From contig DAIMCS010000003.1 in the NCBI GenBank assembly GCA_036726225.1, positions 73,769-137,768 of the forward strand: 64,000 nt of DNA, given 5' to 3'. The translations under genes were made by a program, and so were the position numbers. Numbering within the stretch: position 1 is the first letter of the stretch; every line of letters starts with the position of its first letter. This DNA is from Patescibacteria group bacterium. Its GTDB lineage: Bacteria; Patescibacteriota; Doudnabacteria; UBA920. Below, piece by piece: positions 19,829 to 28,412 of this stretch. The notes beneath the pieces were generated by a model that saw nothing but the letters and a program-made list of their open reading frames with translations, did not search any database and was not told the DNA's origin.

Positions 19829-19848
19829 ATTCCCGCTTTCGCGGGAAT
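19829..19848. repeat. GC palindrome ATTCCCGCTTTCGCGGGAAT between the lexA stop and the GIY-YIG start
   Basis: Read directly. Confidence 0.6.
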
Positions 19849-19857
19849 GGGTAATGC

Positions 19858-20475
19858 TTACTCCAAATTTCTAATTACTCCCACCACTTTCCCTTGCACC
19901 ATCCACTCCTCCTTGGGGTAAATATCTTTGTAGTCCGGATTTTCGGCTTTTAGGTAGGCTCGGTTTTTTATTTGAATAAAGCGTTTTACCGTGGCTTCGT
20001 CGTGAAGCAGGGCTACTACAATGTCGTTATTGCGGACATCTTTAGTCGGCCTGACAATTACTAAGTCGCCTTCGTAAATTCCTGCGTTTATCATACTGTC
20101 TCCCCGAACTCTCAACAAAAATACGTCTCGCCTGCTTTTTATTAAAGTTTGAGGCAAATTAATCCATTCCTCCACGTGTTCTTCGGCTAAGTGTGGGCTG
20201 CCGGCCTGAATATTCCCCAAAACCGGCACACGCACCAGTCCTTTGTCTAAAGCTTCACCTAAAGCGTCTAAAACTGTTATGCCTCGGGCTTTGCCGCTGG
20301 TTTCTATAAAGCCTTCTTCTTCTAAAGCAGATAAAAGTTTGGCAACGGCATTTTTAGATTTTACTTTAAGGTAAGTTGCCATTTCAGATATAGAGGGAGG
20401 CAGGTTATGTTCGCGTATTTGCTTTACAATAAATTCCAGGAGTTGTTTTTGCCTGTCTGTAATTTCTTTTGACAT
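19858..20475 (-). CDS. lexA: LexA repressor (S24 peptidase)
   Basis: N-terminal wHTH; cleavage-site region VLGNIQAG; catalytic Ser in GDSM and Lys in VKRF. Confidence 0.9.
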   Translation of the reverse strand: MSKEITDRQKQLLEFIVKQIREHNLPPSISEMATYLKVKSKNAVAKLLSALEEEGFIETSGKARGITVLDALGEALDKGLVRVPVLGNIQAGSPHLAEEHVEEWINLPQTLIKSRRDVFLLRVRGDSMINAGIYEGDLVIVRPTKDVRNNDIVVALLHDEATVKRFIQIKNRAYLKAENPDYKDIYPKEEWMVQGKVVGVIRNLE

Positions 20476-20531
20476 ATAGATTTAAGATTAATGATTATAC
20501 AAATTAACGAATGAACAAATGAAACAAATAA

Positions 20532-20939
20532 CTACTGATGGATAATGGCAACGGCATCTCTCTTTACAACACGGATAGGTTTAATATATTGGTTCCTAAA
20601 GTTTACCAGCATCCCAAGTTTTAGCTGAGTTTCCTGCAGATAGCGCTGAAGTTGATCATAATCTTCTCTAGTCAGAATCCGCTTCGCTTTAAGCTCTAAA
20701 ATTATTTTGTTTTCTATAATAAAATCGACAATATTTCCACTATCCCCAATTCTACACTCCCTTTTATAGTTGATGTTTTTTTCTTTTAAAATCGATTCAA
20801 TTAAATCTGAATATTGTTTCTCTTTGCTGTAAGCACCTAGAGTATTGTGAGTCTGAAATAAAATACCATTAATATTATATGAAAGCTCAGGATAAAAGAA
20901 ACCGTATTCCCTAATTGAATTTGTATTTATCAGTTTCAT
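20532..20939 (-). CDS. GxxExxY / PDDEXK_3 family protein
   Basis: YPELSYNINGILFQTHNTLGAY...ILELKA pattern of the GxxExxY family. Confidence 0.75.
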   Translation of the reverse strand: MKLINTNSIREYGFFYPELSYNINGILFQTHNTLGAYSKEKQYSDLIESILKEKNINYKRECRIGDSGNIVDFIIENKIILELKAKRILTREDYDQLQRYLQETQLKLGMLVNFRNQYIKPIRVVKRDAVAIIHQ

Positions 20940-21068
20940 TTGTACATCTGTATATTTGTAACTATTGGTATATTATACGTTCGTTCACTCTATGTCAAAC
21001 CATAATAAAAACAAGGTAAACTTACGTTTACCTTTAAGTTATCCACAATAACCGGATAAAGAACTGTA

Positions 21069-21311
21069 TTACTTGGTGTCTAATAAAAAATTAATAAAAG
21101 TCACAATCCCCTGCCACACACTTTCTAAAATTGTTTTGCTGCCCGGCAAAAGGATGACAAGAGCAATTAAAAAAATCCAGTCTTTTTTTATGACCTTAAA
21201 AATTGAGTAGATAATTAGCACTGCCAGGCCAATTGAAATTATGGGCTGGACTTGAGCCGGAAAATTTTTTAAAAACTCTAAATACAGGTTTTGGATTTGT
21301 GAAACTGGCAT
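21069..21311 (-). CDS. small membrane protein, hypothetical
   Basis: 80 aa, two TM helices. Confidence 0.35.
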   Translation of the reverse strand: MPVSQIQNLYLEFLKNFPAQVQPIISIGLAVLIIYSIFKVIKKDWIFLIALVILLPGSKTILESVWQGIVTFINFLLDTK

Positions 21312-21456
21312 TTATTTAATTATACCACAGTGACAAAATAAGCCAAAATAAAAACCATCTTTTATACTTAAAAGATGGGGGTTTGTAGAAATTTGAATTT
21401 TGACCGGGAATTAAGCTTGCGTAAGCTTAATTCCCGGTTCGAATGCGAGGACATTA

Positions 21457-21999
21457 CTAGTCTTCCGGCTCCCCGTCGCCACGGTCGAGTTCTTGCTGGA
21501 CAGAGTATTTACCTTTTCGGGAACGGCGATTGCGGGCGTCCAAAGCTGCGAGCACTCTTAGATTCCGCTCTTCAACTTCGGGATCCTTGAAATTTGTGAG
21601 TTTCTTGATCGGCAGTTGTGGGGCTTTGGGAGAACCAAAAATCGACTCAAAAAGCCTGTTGTAAGCGGCTTGTGAGTTCTGCCTGCTTACGACAGCTGTT
21701 TCGCCGCCCCCACCCGACGATCTTCGGATTCGGTCACCAAACAGAGGTCCTTTTGCTTTTCTAGCGTCCTTCCATTGCTGAAGATCTGAATCCAAAACGA
21801 AAAATTTCCTCCCAATTTGCAAAATGGGGATCCCATCGTCAACTAAAATTCGTCGAAAGTGTCTTACTGAATACCCTACGTCCTCCGCGGCTGTAGGGAT
21901 GTCTAAACACTTAAATTTACTTTGGGTTTTTGCATCCTCCTCAGTTGCTACTGTTACGGGTTGTCCTTGTTTTTCTGGCGTCCTTTCACGGGTTTGCAT
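21457..21999 (-). CDS. excisionase/MerR-type HTH DNA-binding protein in a GC-rich islet
   Basis: AAEDVGYSVRHFRRILVDDGIPILQIGRKFFVLDSDLQQW HTH_17-like motif; local GC visibly higher than flanks. Confidence 0.55.
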   Translation of the reverse strand: MQTRERTPEKQGQPVTVATEEDAKTQSKFKCLDIPTAAEDVGYSVRHFRRILVDDGIPILQIGRKFFVLDSDLQQWKDARKAKGPLFGDRIRRSSGGGGETAVVSRQNSQAAYNRLFESIFGSPKAPQLPIKKLTNFKDPEVEERNLRVLAALDARNRRSRKGKYSVQQELDRGDGEPED

Positions 22000-22168
22000 A
22001 TTTTCCCCCTTAGATGCTACCTGCTATTAGGCAACTCTACCAAAAGCGGGCATTTTTGTAAAATAGGGCGGAATTAACATCATCGCATCGAGATTAGGGT
22101 CGGTTTTGACCTTTAAAACATATATAAAAAACAAGCCCAAATTTTTGGACTTGCTTTAAATTTTTAAC

Positions 22169-22734
22169 CTACTTCCGCTTTTTTAGTTCATCAACCACGG
22201 TTAAATGCCGGTAGTCAAAAATATCTTTTATAAACTTGTCAAAAGTATCACGGCGCTGGACAAACTCTTCCACGCTCATAACACTGTAGTTTATTTCCTG
22301 GCCCATCATTTTTTCCGCTGACTTTAAAAAATCTGCGAGTTTGTTCAGGTTGACCCTGCCGACCAGTAAAATGTCTACCGGCAAATTTGGAAAGCCGCAA
22401 AATATGCCGCTTAAAAATGCAGCCTTAATTTCGCCCAGGGCTCTTATTGCTGAAAACAGCTCGTCCCTGTAAGCCGGGCCGGCTTTTAGCCAAAAAGTTT
22501 TCATTTCCGGCAAAAGTTTGTATTTGGGGTTTATGAGATAATATTTTTTGCCTTTTTTGCTGAAACTTCTTAAGGCTCCGGCGGTTGCAATTTTGTTTAA
22601 GCTGCGGGCGGTTTTTAAATGCGGAATATGGAGTCTCCTGGAAAGCTCGTTTACAGAAAAACTTCTTTGCGGTGCGGTTAAAAAGAAGCTTAGAATAGAG
22701 GAATCTGTTTTGGAATTTATAATGTCTTTTAGCA
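22169..22734 (-). CDS. winged-helix regulator with a C-terminal nucleotidyltransferase-like domain, hypothetical
   Basis: SVNELSRRLHIPHLKTARSLNKI wHTH. The track ORF extends to 22789, but MLKDIINS at 22734 has TATAAT 7 nt upstream. Confidence 0.45.
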
Positions 22735-22855
22735 TAAAAATATTATAGCACAAGCTTTGGTTTTTAAGGAAAATGTTGTATAATAACAAGGATCAAAAGT
22801 TATTGGACTTAAGCCGGTTTTTAATGTGGGCTTAAGTTAAATTTAGCCATTGTTC

Positions 22856-24877
22856 ATGGAAGAAACAGAATCCCAAATAGCCAAAATAGTCTTAGGCAAC
22901 AACAAATCTTCTTCATCTTACGTTTATGTAATGGCGGAAAAAGCCGGGCAGACTGAAGATGAAATTTATATGGTGGCAGAGTTGCCCATCTTAAATCCTG
23001 CAGCCAAAGATGCCTGCGAAAGAATTTGTTTAGCCATTGCTTCTACACTTAAACGTGCCTACAAAACCCAGGCCAATGAAAATAATTTCGAAAATGCGCT
23101 CAGCTCGGTTAATGAAGAGCTTGGCAAACTGGCCGCATTGGGGCAAACAGAATGGGTAAATAAGCTAAACTGCATTTTGGCTACCAAAAGCGGCCAAAAT
23201 TTTCATATTGCCACTTGCGGTAAAACTGCGGCGTATCTTTTACGCAGCCGCGAATATACCGACATTACCTGTTCCCAGGACAAAAGCCATCCGCTAAAGA
23301 CTTTTGAAAATTTTGCCAGCGGCAAAATCCGTTTAAACGACGTTTTAATACTTTCTACAGTGCAGTTGTTTAATTATGTTTCCATGGACAGGCTGCTGAG
23401 TGTTGTAAACACTGCTGACTTTTTAACGGCCTCGCGCACAATAATTGAACTGCTTAAACAGACAGCCGAGACCACAGTTTCGTTCGGTATAATTTTAAAT
23501 TTACAAACTTTGCCGGGAGTTAATTTAGAGGAAGACATAGACTTGGAAAATTATAGCAGCAGAACGCCAAACCCGGTTTTTAGTTTGCCGGGTAAAATTT
23601 TGGGCTATTTAAAACAGGCTTTCGCACTGACTTCCAGGCGTAAAGCCCAAACTGCGCTGCCGAACATCCCCTTTTCGCAAAAATTAAAAGCTTTTGGCGG
23701 AAGTACCCTGGGCCACGGCAGGGCTGTTTGGAAAAAAGCAAAGAGCGGCGCGCAAAGCGCAAGGGCCGCGGTAGACCTGCAAAATTTCCGCCAAATGGCT
23801 CCGGCAAAAAGGCTCCTTTTGGTTTCCATAGCAATTTTGCTTATCGCATCAATTTTTAGCGTTTATGTGGCCGTTCACTTAAAAGGCAAAAGCTCGCGCA
23901 ACGAACAAATTACCAATGAGCTTAAAGAAACCCAAAGCCTTCTTTCCAACAGCCAGTCGTCGCTTTTATACCAGGATGACCAAAAGGCCGCAGATTTTTT
24001 CCGCCAGGCCCAAGCCAAACTTCCCCCCGAAGAAAGCATAAACGACGACAATAAAGATTTTTACAAACAGGTTTTAGAAGAGTTTAACAAAACCAAAAGC
24101 CAAATGGAAAAAGTAGTGGAAGTAGAAACCACTAATTTAGGCAGCTTAGGTCAGGCTGAAAATTTAATTAAACTCCCGGCGCATTTAGCCATTCAGGCCA
24201 ACCAGACGGTAATAAGTTATAACAGAGAGAGTGAGAAAATAGAAGACAGCGCCTTAAAAGGCCTTTCTGTAAATGCTTTAGCGACTGCTGCCGCATCGGA
24301 AAACTCTGTTGTGGTTTATGACGGTTCGGCTCTGCGCGTTTGGAATACAGGTTCAGGCGAGCTTGGGCAGAATTTTACGACAAATGTTCCCCAAAAAGAA
24401 GACTTTGCGGGTTTGGCCTGGTACTCATCTACCAGCCGTGTTTACACAGTGGACAAGAAAAACCAGTCTATAACCAGTTTTGTTGTTGCTTCGGGCTCGC
24501 TTTCCAAACCAACTGTAAGCGCAAAAAACCCGGTACTTAGCTCTTCGGTGGATTTAGCCATAGACGGCAATATTTATGTTTTAGGCAAAGATGGGGTAAG
24601 TAAATTTACCAAAGGTGTGCTTGCGGATTTTTCCATTGCGACTTTAGCTGTGCCATTTTCCGGCAGCGGCAAAATTTATACGCAAAAAGATTTTGTTAAC
24701 TTATATGTTCTTGACTCGGGCAACAACCGGGTGCTGGTGTTTGGGAAAAACGGCAGCCTAATTAGCACTTTAAAGTCTTCCAGCTTCACAGGCCTTAAAG
24801 ATTTGGAAGTTGATGAAAAAAAGAGAGTTATGTATTTGCTTAACGACGGAAGCTTGCTAAAGGTAAGTTTACCTTAA
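22856..24877 (+). CDS. large membrane protein: N-terminal cytoplasmic domain of unknown type, one central TM, C-terminal NHL/beta-propeller-like repeats
   Basis: TM LLLVSIAILLIASIFSVYVAV; LYVLDSGNNRVLVFGKNGSL NHL-like repeat. The track start at 22850 is TTG; ATG at 22856. Confidence 0.55.
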   Translation: MEETESQIAKIVLGNNKSSSSYVYVMAEKAGQTEDEIYMVAELPILNPAAKDACERICLAIASTLKRAYKTQANENNFENALSSVNEELGKLAALGQTEWVNKLNCILATKSGQNFHIATCGKTAAYLLRSREYTDITCSQDKSHPLKTFENFASGKIRLNDVLILSTVQLFNYVSMDRLLSVVNTADFLTASRTIIELLKQTAETTVSFGIILNLQTLPGVNLEEDIDLENYSSRTPNPVFSLPGKILGYLKQAFALTSRRKAQTALPNIPFSQKLKAFGGSTLGHGRAVWKKAKSGAQSARAAVDLQNFRQMAPAKRLLLVSIAILLIASIFSVYVAVHLKGKSSRNEQITNELKETQSLLSNSQSSLLYQDDQKAADFFRQAQAKLPPEESINDDNKDFYKQVLEEFNKTKSQMEKVVEVETTNLGSLGQAENLIKLPAHLAIQANQTVISYNRESEKIEDSALKGLSVNALATAAASENSVVVYDGSALRVWNTGSGELGQNFTTNVPQKEDFAGLAWYSSTSRVYTVDKKNQSITSFVVASGSLSKPTVSAKNPVLSSSVDLAIDGNIYVLGKDGVSKFTKGVLADFSIATLAVPFSGSGKIYTQKDFVNLYVLDSGNNRVLVFGKNGSLISTLKSSSFTGLKDLEVDEKKRVMYLLNDGSLLKVSLP

Positions 24878-24894
24878 ATTTTTTTATCCACCTT

Positions 24895-24928
24895 GTTAAT
24901 AAAAATGACGACCGTCTAAATTATTAAC
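24895..24928. promoter_or_regulatory. imperfect 34-bp palindrome overlapping the putative -35/-10 of the PaaX-like gene
   Basis: gttaataaaaatgacga/ccgtctaaattattaac; TTGTTA-18-TAAATT. Confidence 0.5.
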
Positions 24929-24937
24929 GATACGATT

Positions 24938-25471
24938 ATGTCAAAAAAAGATTTTACATTAACGAGCAAAATTCTATTACATATTGTGGCAGCGGGAAGT
25001 GTGGCCATGCCCTTTGTTAATCCTTACAAATTGCGCAATAAGGTTTTGTTCGGAAGAGATGTGGAGTATGAGCACTATCGTCAAATGGTTTATTATCTGG
25101 CGCGTAAAGGGTTTATTAAAATTGTAGATAAAAACGCCCAAAAATTTTTGAAACTTACCAAAGCAGGCAAGTTGGAGGCGTTAATCGCGAAAGCAAAAAT
25201 TCCCAACATTGGTAAGTGGGACGGCAAATGGCGGTTATTTATTTTTGATATTCCGGAGGAAGCGAGGGATGAACGCCAAAAACTTCGTTTTCTGCTAAAA
25301 TCAAACAATTTCCGTAAATTACAGGCAAGCGTCTTTATTAGCCCCTACCCTTTGAATCGGGATGCAATAAAATATTTAAAAACTACCGGACTGATTAGCT
25401 ATATAAGGATTATGAAAATTGAAGAAATGGATGATGATAGAGATTTAAAAAAACAATTTTCTTTAAAATGA
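24938..25471 (+). CDS. PaaX-family-like transcriptional regulator (wHTH + PaaX_C-like domain)
   Basis: WDGKWRLFIFDIPEEARDERQKLRFLLKSNNFRKLQASVFISP resembles the PaaX C-domain pattern; flanked by palindromes. Confidence 0.55.
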   Translation: MSKKDFTLTSKILLHIVAAGSVAMPFVNPYKLRNKVLFGRDVEYEHYRQMVYYLARKGFIKIVDKNAQKFLKLTKAGKLEALIAKAKIPNIGKWDGKWRLFIFDIPEEARDERQKLRFLLKSNNFRKLQASVFISPYPLNRDAIKYLKTTGLISYIRIMKIEEMDDDRDLKKQFSLK

Positions 25472-25480
25472 CGTGGTTGA

Positions 25481-25524
25481 AGTCTGTTAATAATTTAGAC
25501 GGCCGTCTAAATTATTAACAGACT
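25481..25524. promoter_or_regulatory. perfect 44-bp palindrome (22+22) sharing its core with the upstream site
   Basis: agtctgttaataatttagacgg/ccgtctaaattattaacagact. Confidence 0.6.
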
Positions 25525-25526
25525 GA

Positions 25527-26570
25527 TTATTGAATTGTTTTCAAAAATTTGTTTACTATATTTTCAACTTCTCCCACACCGATTGTTGTCATTAATTCAG
25601 CTCGTAATTCAGAAGCTCCGTCAAACCCGTTTGCGTAAGCTTTAAAATGCTTGCGTATTATTGCGAAAGATTTTTTCCCTTCAAATTCCTGTGTATACAA
25701 TCGCGCGTGTTCCAGCATAACAGACAGGCGTTCTTTTATAGTGGGCTCAAAATTATCTTTCCGAAAAAACCATGGGCTACCAAAAGCTCCCCTACCAACC
25801 ATAATTCCGTCACAGCCTGTTTCTTTAACTCTACTTAACCCTTCCTCGCGCGATTTGATATCACCGTTGCCGATGATCAGAGTCCTGCCATTGCGAGCCG
25901 AAGGCGAAGCAATCTTTTCCTTGTTTGAGATTGCTTCGTCGCTTACGCTTCTCGCAATGACATTTGATTGAATTTGGTTGCGAATTTTGACCGCCTGCGC
26001 AATTGCACCCCAATGAGCCGGAACTTTACTTTTTTCTTGCTTGGTTCTGGCGTGCAGAGCAATAGCTGCGGGCTCGGCCAATAACAGATGCCTAAGCCAG
26101 GCATTCATTTCCTCAATTTTGCTGTAGCCTAATCTTGTTTTGACCGAAACAGGCAAGCCGCCTGCGCCTTTTTTTGTTGCGGCTATAATTTCTTTTGCCC
26201 GCTCCGGTTCTAAAATTAAAGCCGCGCAGGTTTTTTGGCCAATCTCTTTGTCCTGCGGGCAGCCGAAATTAATGTCCACCCCGTCAAACCCGAGTTTCGC
26301 AATTATCTTAGCAGCATCGTGGAATTTTTGCGGCTCCCTGCCCCAGAGTTGCGCCACAATTGGCCGTTGAATTTCTGTAAATTTTAAATCTTGCGATAAC
26401 CTTTTGTAGCCCTCGGGATGAGTTAAGCCGTCAACATTTACAAATTCAGTATAAAAAACGTCCGGTTTACCGTACTTAGCAAACATTTCCCGAAACGCCA
26501 CGTCCGTAACATCCACCATAGGCGCAAGGCAAAAAATGGGCTTATTTAATTGTGTCCAAAAATTTGGCAT
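25527..26570 (-). CDS. dus: tRNA-dihydrouridine synthase
   Basis: CLAPMVDVTDVAFREM and FMN-binding TIM-barrel pattern. Confidence 0.85.
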   Translation of the reverse strand: MPNFWTQLNKPIFCLAPMVDVTDVAFREMFAKYGKPDVFYTEFVNVDGLTHPEGYKRLSQDLKFTEIQRPIVAQLWGREPQKFHDAAKIIAKLGFDGVDINFGCPQDKEIGQKTCAALILEPERAKEIIAATKKGAGGLPVSVKTRLGYSKIEEMNAWLRHLLLAEPAAIALHARTKQEKSKVPAHWGAIAQAVKIRNQIQSNVIARSVSDEAISNKEKIASPSARNGRTLIIGNGDIKSREEGLSRVKETGCDGIMVGRGAFGSPWFFRKDNFEPTIKERLSVMLEHARLYTQEFEGKKSFAIIRKHFKAYANGFDGASELRAELMTTIGVGEVENIVNKFLKTIQ

Positions 26571-26587
26571 AAAGATATCTTAATTTA

Positions 26588-26620
26588 AAAACCGCTACTT
26601 GAACAGTAGCGGTTTTTGGT
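26588..26620 (-). terminator. rho-independent terminator after rplL
   Basis: aaaaaCCGCTACttgaacaGTAGCGGttttt; symmetric A/T tracts. Confidence 0.7.
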
Positions 26621-26674
26621 AAAAAGATCCCTCGCTTCGCTCCCTCAGGATGACTTTGAAATAATAAAACTATA

Positions 26675-27079
26675 TTATTTCAAAGTCACTTTAGCGCCGG
26701 CTTCTTCCATTTTCTTCTTTAAGGCTTCGGCATCGGCTTTAGCAACGTTTTCTTTAACGGTCTTAGGAGCTGCGTCTACAATGTCCTTGGCTTCTTTAAG
26801 TCCAAGGCCGGTAACTTCGCGCACAACTTTAATTACGTTAATTTTGTTCGGTCCGGCTTCGGTTAATTCAACCGTAAATTCGGTTTTTTCCTCGGCGGCA
26901 GGAGCTCCAGCACCGGCTCCGCCAGCGGCCATCATCATGGGAGCAGCGGCGCTTACACCAAACTTCTCTTCTAAAATTTTTACAAGTTCAGACAACTCAA
27001 TGGCTGTTAACTTTTCTACGTGGTCCACAACAGTTTTAAACTTTGCGGGGACTTCAACATTCTTTACTTCATCTGACAT
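26675..27079 (-). CDS. rplL: 50S ribosomal protein L7/L12
   Basis: Ala/Gly-rich hinge and conserved C-terminal domain ([36 protein letters not shown]). Confidence 0.9.
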   Translation of the reverse strand: MSDEVKNVEVPAKFKTVVDHVEKLTAIELSELVKILEEKFGVSAAAPMMMAAGGAGAGAPAAEEKTEFTVELTEAGPNKINVIKVVREVTGLGLKEAKDIVDAAPKTVKENVAKADAEALKKKMEEAGAKVTLK

Positions 27080-27167
27080 ATTGTATGGGTTAGTTCTGTT
27101 ACGGGTTACGCGTTACGGGTTTAGAAACTCGCAACTCGCCAACTCGCAACTAATTAATTTATAAATA

Positions 27168-27695
27168 TTAGGCTGCAACCACAGCTGCTTCTACAGCAGG
27201 AGCCGGTTCTTCCATTTTCTTTGCGCGGGCGTTTAGCACGCGGGCAAAAGCGGAAATGGGGCCGTTAAGTACTGACATAAACTGCGCTCGCAACTGGTCT
27301 TTGGTCGGCAAATCTGCCAAAGCTAAAACCATTTGCTTGTCTACGAGCTTGCCGTCTAAAAGACCTTCCAAAATTACCAAAGTTTTTATCTCTTTAGAAA
27401 GACTTTTTATAATCCTTGCAGCAGATGTTTCGTCTTCTGTCGCAGTAGAAAGGATTACCGGAGTTTTGTAGTCTATTTGCTCGGAAGGGATGCCGGCGGC
27501 TGCCAAAGCTTTCTTTATCAAAGTTATTTTATAGACTTTGGAAACCACACCTTCTTTTTTTAGCTCCCTGCGGAATTTGTCTAAGTCTTTTACTGTAGTA
27601 CCTCTGTATTCTGTTAAGACAGCCGATTTAGCGGACTTAATTCTGTCCGTTAATTCGGTTAAATCTTTTTCTTTTTGACTTTTTAATTTAGCCAT
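27168..27695 (-). CDS. rplJ: 50S ribosomal protein L10
   Basis: MAKLKSQKEKD...; L10 family, immediately upstream of rplL. The track ORF extends to 27737. Confidence 0.9.
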   Translation of the reverse strand: MAKLKSQKEKDLTELTDRIKSAKSAVLTEYRGTTVKDLDKFRRELKKEGVVSKVYKITLIKKALAAAGIPSEQIDYKTPVILSTATEDETSAARIIKSLSKEIKTLVILEGLLDGKLVDKQMVLALADLPTKDQLRAQFMSVLNGPISAFARVLNARAKKMEEPAPAVEAAVVAA

Positions 27696-27830
27696 AATTG
27701 ATTTAAGTACCAATTCACAAGTACCAAACAAGCACAAATATTTAATATTTAAATATTGAAATTTGTTTGGTTCTTAGCTTTTGGATCTTGATTCTTACTA
27801 CTTTCGACCTTTACTGTTAAATATCCTTTT

Positions 27831-27861
27831 AAAAAAACAAAAACTCGGCTTTTAACCGAGT
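27831..27861 (-). terminator. rho-independent terminator upstream of the rplJ leader
   Basis: On the minus strand: ACTCGGttaaaagCCGAGTttttgttttttt. Confidence 0.6.
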
Positions 27862-28031
27862 ACAAAATTAAATCAGCAGTCTGATTTTCATTTCCTCGGT
27901 GGGCTTATGATGTCATCCTCGCGAAGGCGGGAATCTTTCATAATTTACGATCTTTCGATCACCAACTGTCTTTGGATATTTAATTGTCAATAGTGTACCA
28001 AAATCACTTTAATTCGTCAAGTACGAAGAGT

Positions 28032-28068
28032 AAAAAATTAAACGGCTTCTGCAGGAAAGTCAGAAGCC
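28032..28068. terminator. rho-independent terminator (stem CGGCTTCTG/CAGAAGCCG + T8)
   Basis: aaacggcttctgcaggaaagtcagaagccgtttttttt. Confidence 0.7.
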
Positions 28069-28096
28069 GTTTTTTTTGGAATTTTGGAGCTGATGT

Positions 28097-28321
28097 TCAT
28101 CGGCGCAAGAACAACCTGCCCACCCATTGGACGCAACCTGATACAACAAATGCCGGTATCATACGCCAATCAGCGTGGTCATGATTCATAATTGCCCAGG
28201 CAATTTTCTCGCAGAATTTGTGTAGTTTATCGTCCTGAAATGAACATTGGCCTTCCATACAGCGTCGTATGTGGTCATGGATTTCCTCATTCAGAGAAGA
28301 GAATCCCGAATTAGATTGCAT
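28097..28321 (-). CDS. 74-aa Cys/His-rich small protein in a GC-rich islet
   Basis: Start preceded on the minus strand by A8G7 then CTT-ATG; about 50% GC. Confidence 0.35.
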   Translation of the reverse strand: MQSNSGFSSLNEEIHDHIRRCMEGQCSFQDDKLHKFCEKIAWAIMNHDHADWRMIPAFVVSGCVQWVGRLFLRR

Positions 28322-28370
28322 AAGCCCCCCCTTTTTTTTAGGTACAGTGCGTGTTCAAAATGTGAAAAAA

Positions 28371-28408
28371 GGCAAGCGGCGTCTTGGCAGACGCCGCTTG
28401 CCAGGTGC
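28371..28408 (-). terminator. rho-independent terminator of the 141-aa islet gene
   Basis: GGCAAGCGGCGTC-tgccaa-GACGCCGCTTGCC followed by TTTTTT on the minus strand. Confidence 0.7.
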
Positions 28409-28412
28409 AAAT

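Noticed and set aside
20476-20531. Search for a LexA operator upstream of lexA
   Set aside because: An extended -10 (TGTATAAT) is present, but I found no Cheo-box (GAAC-N4-GTTC) or CTGT-N8-ACAG match, so no operator is called.
21395-21445. tRNA-like fragment cccggttcgaatgc next to the long hairpin
   Set aside because: No full cloverleaf can be folded. I keep it only as a possible att-site remnant, not a tRNA.
26616-27164. 182-aa plus-strand ORF
   Set aside because: It is antisense to rplL and rplJ; the Ala/Pro-rich translation is an artefact of the complementary strand.
27738-27990. Possible L10 autoregulatory leader upstream of rplJ
   Set aside because: Apart from one copy of the dispersed GC palindrome and a terminator of the preceding unit, I could not fold a convincing L10-leader-like structure by eye, so no call is made.
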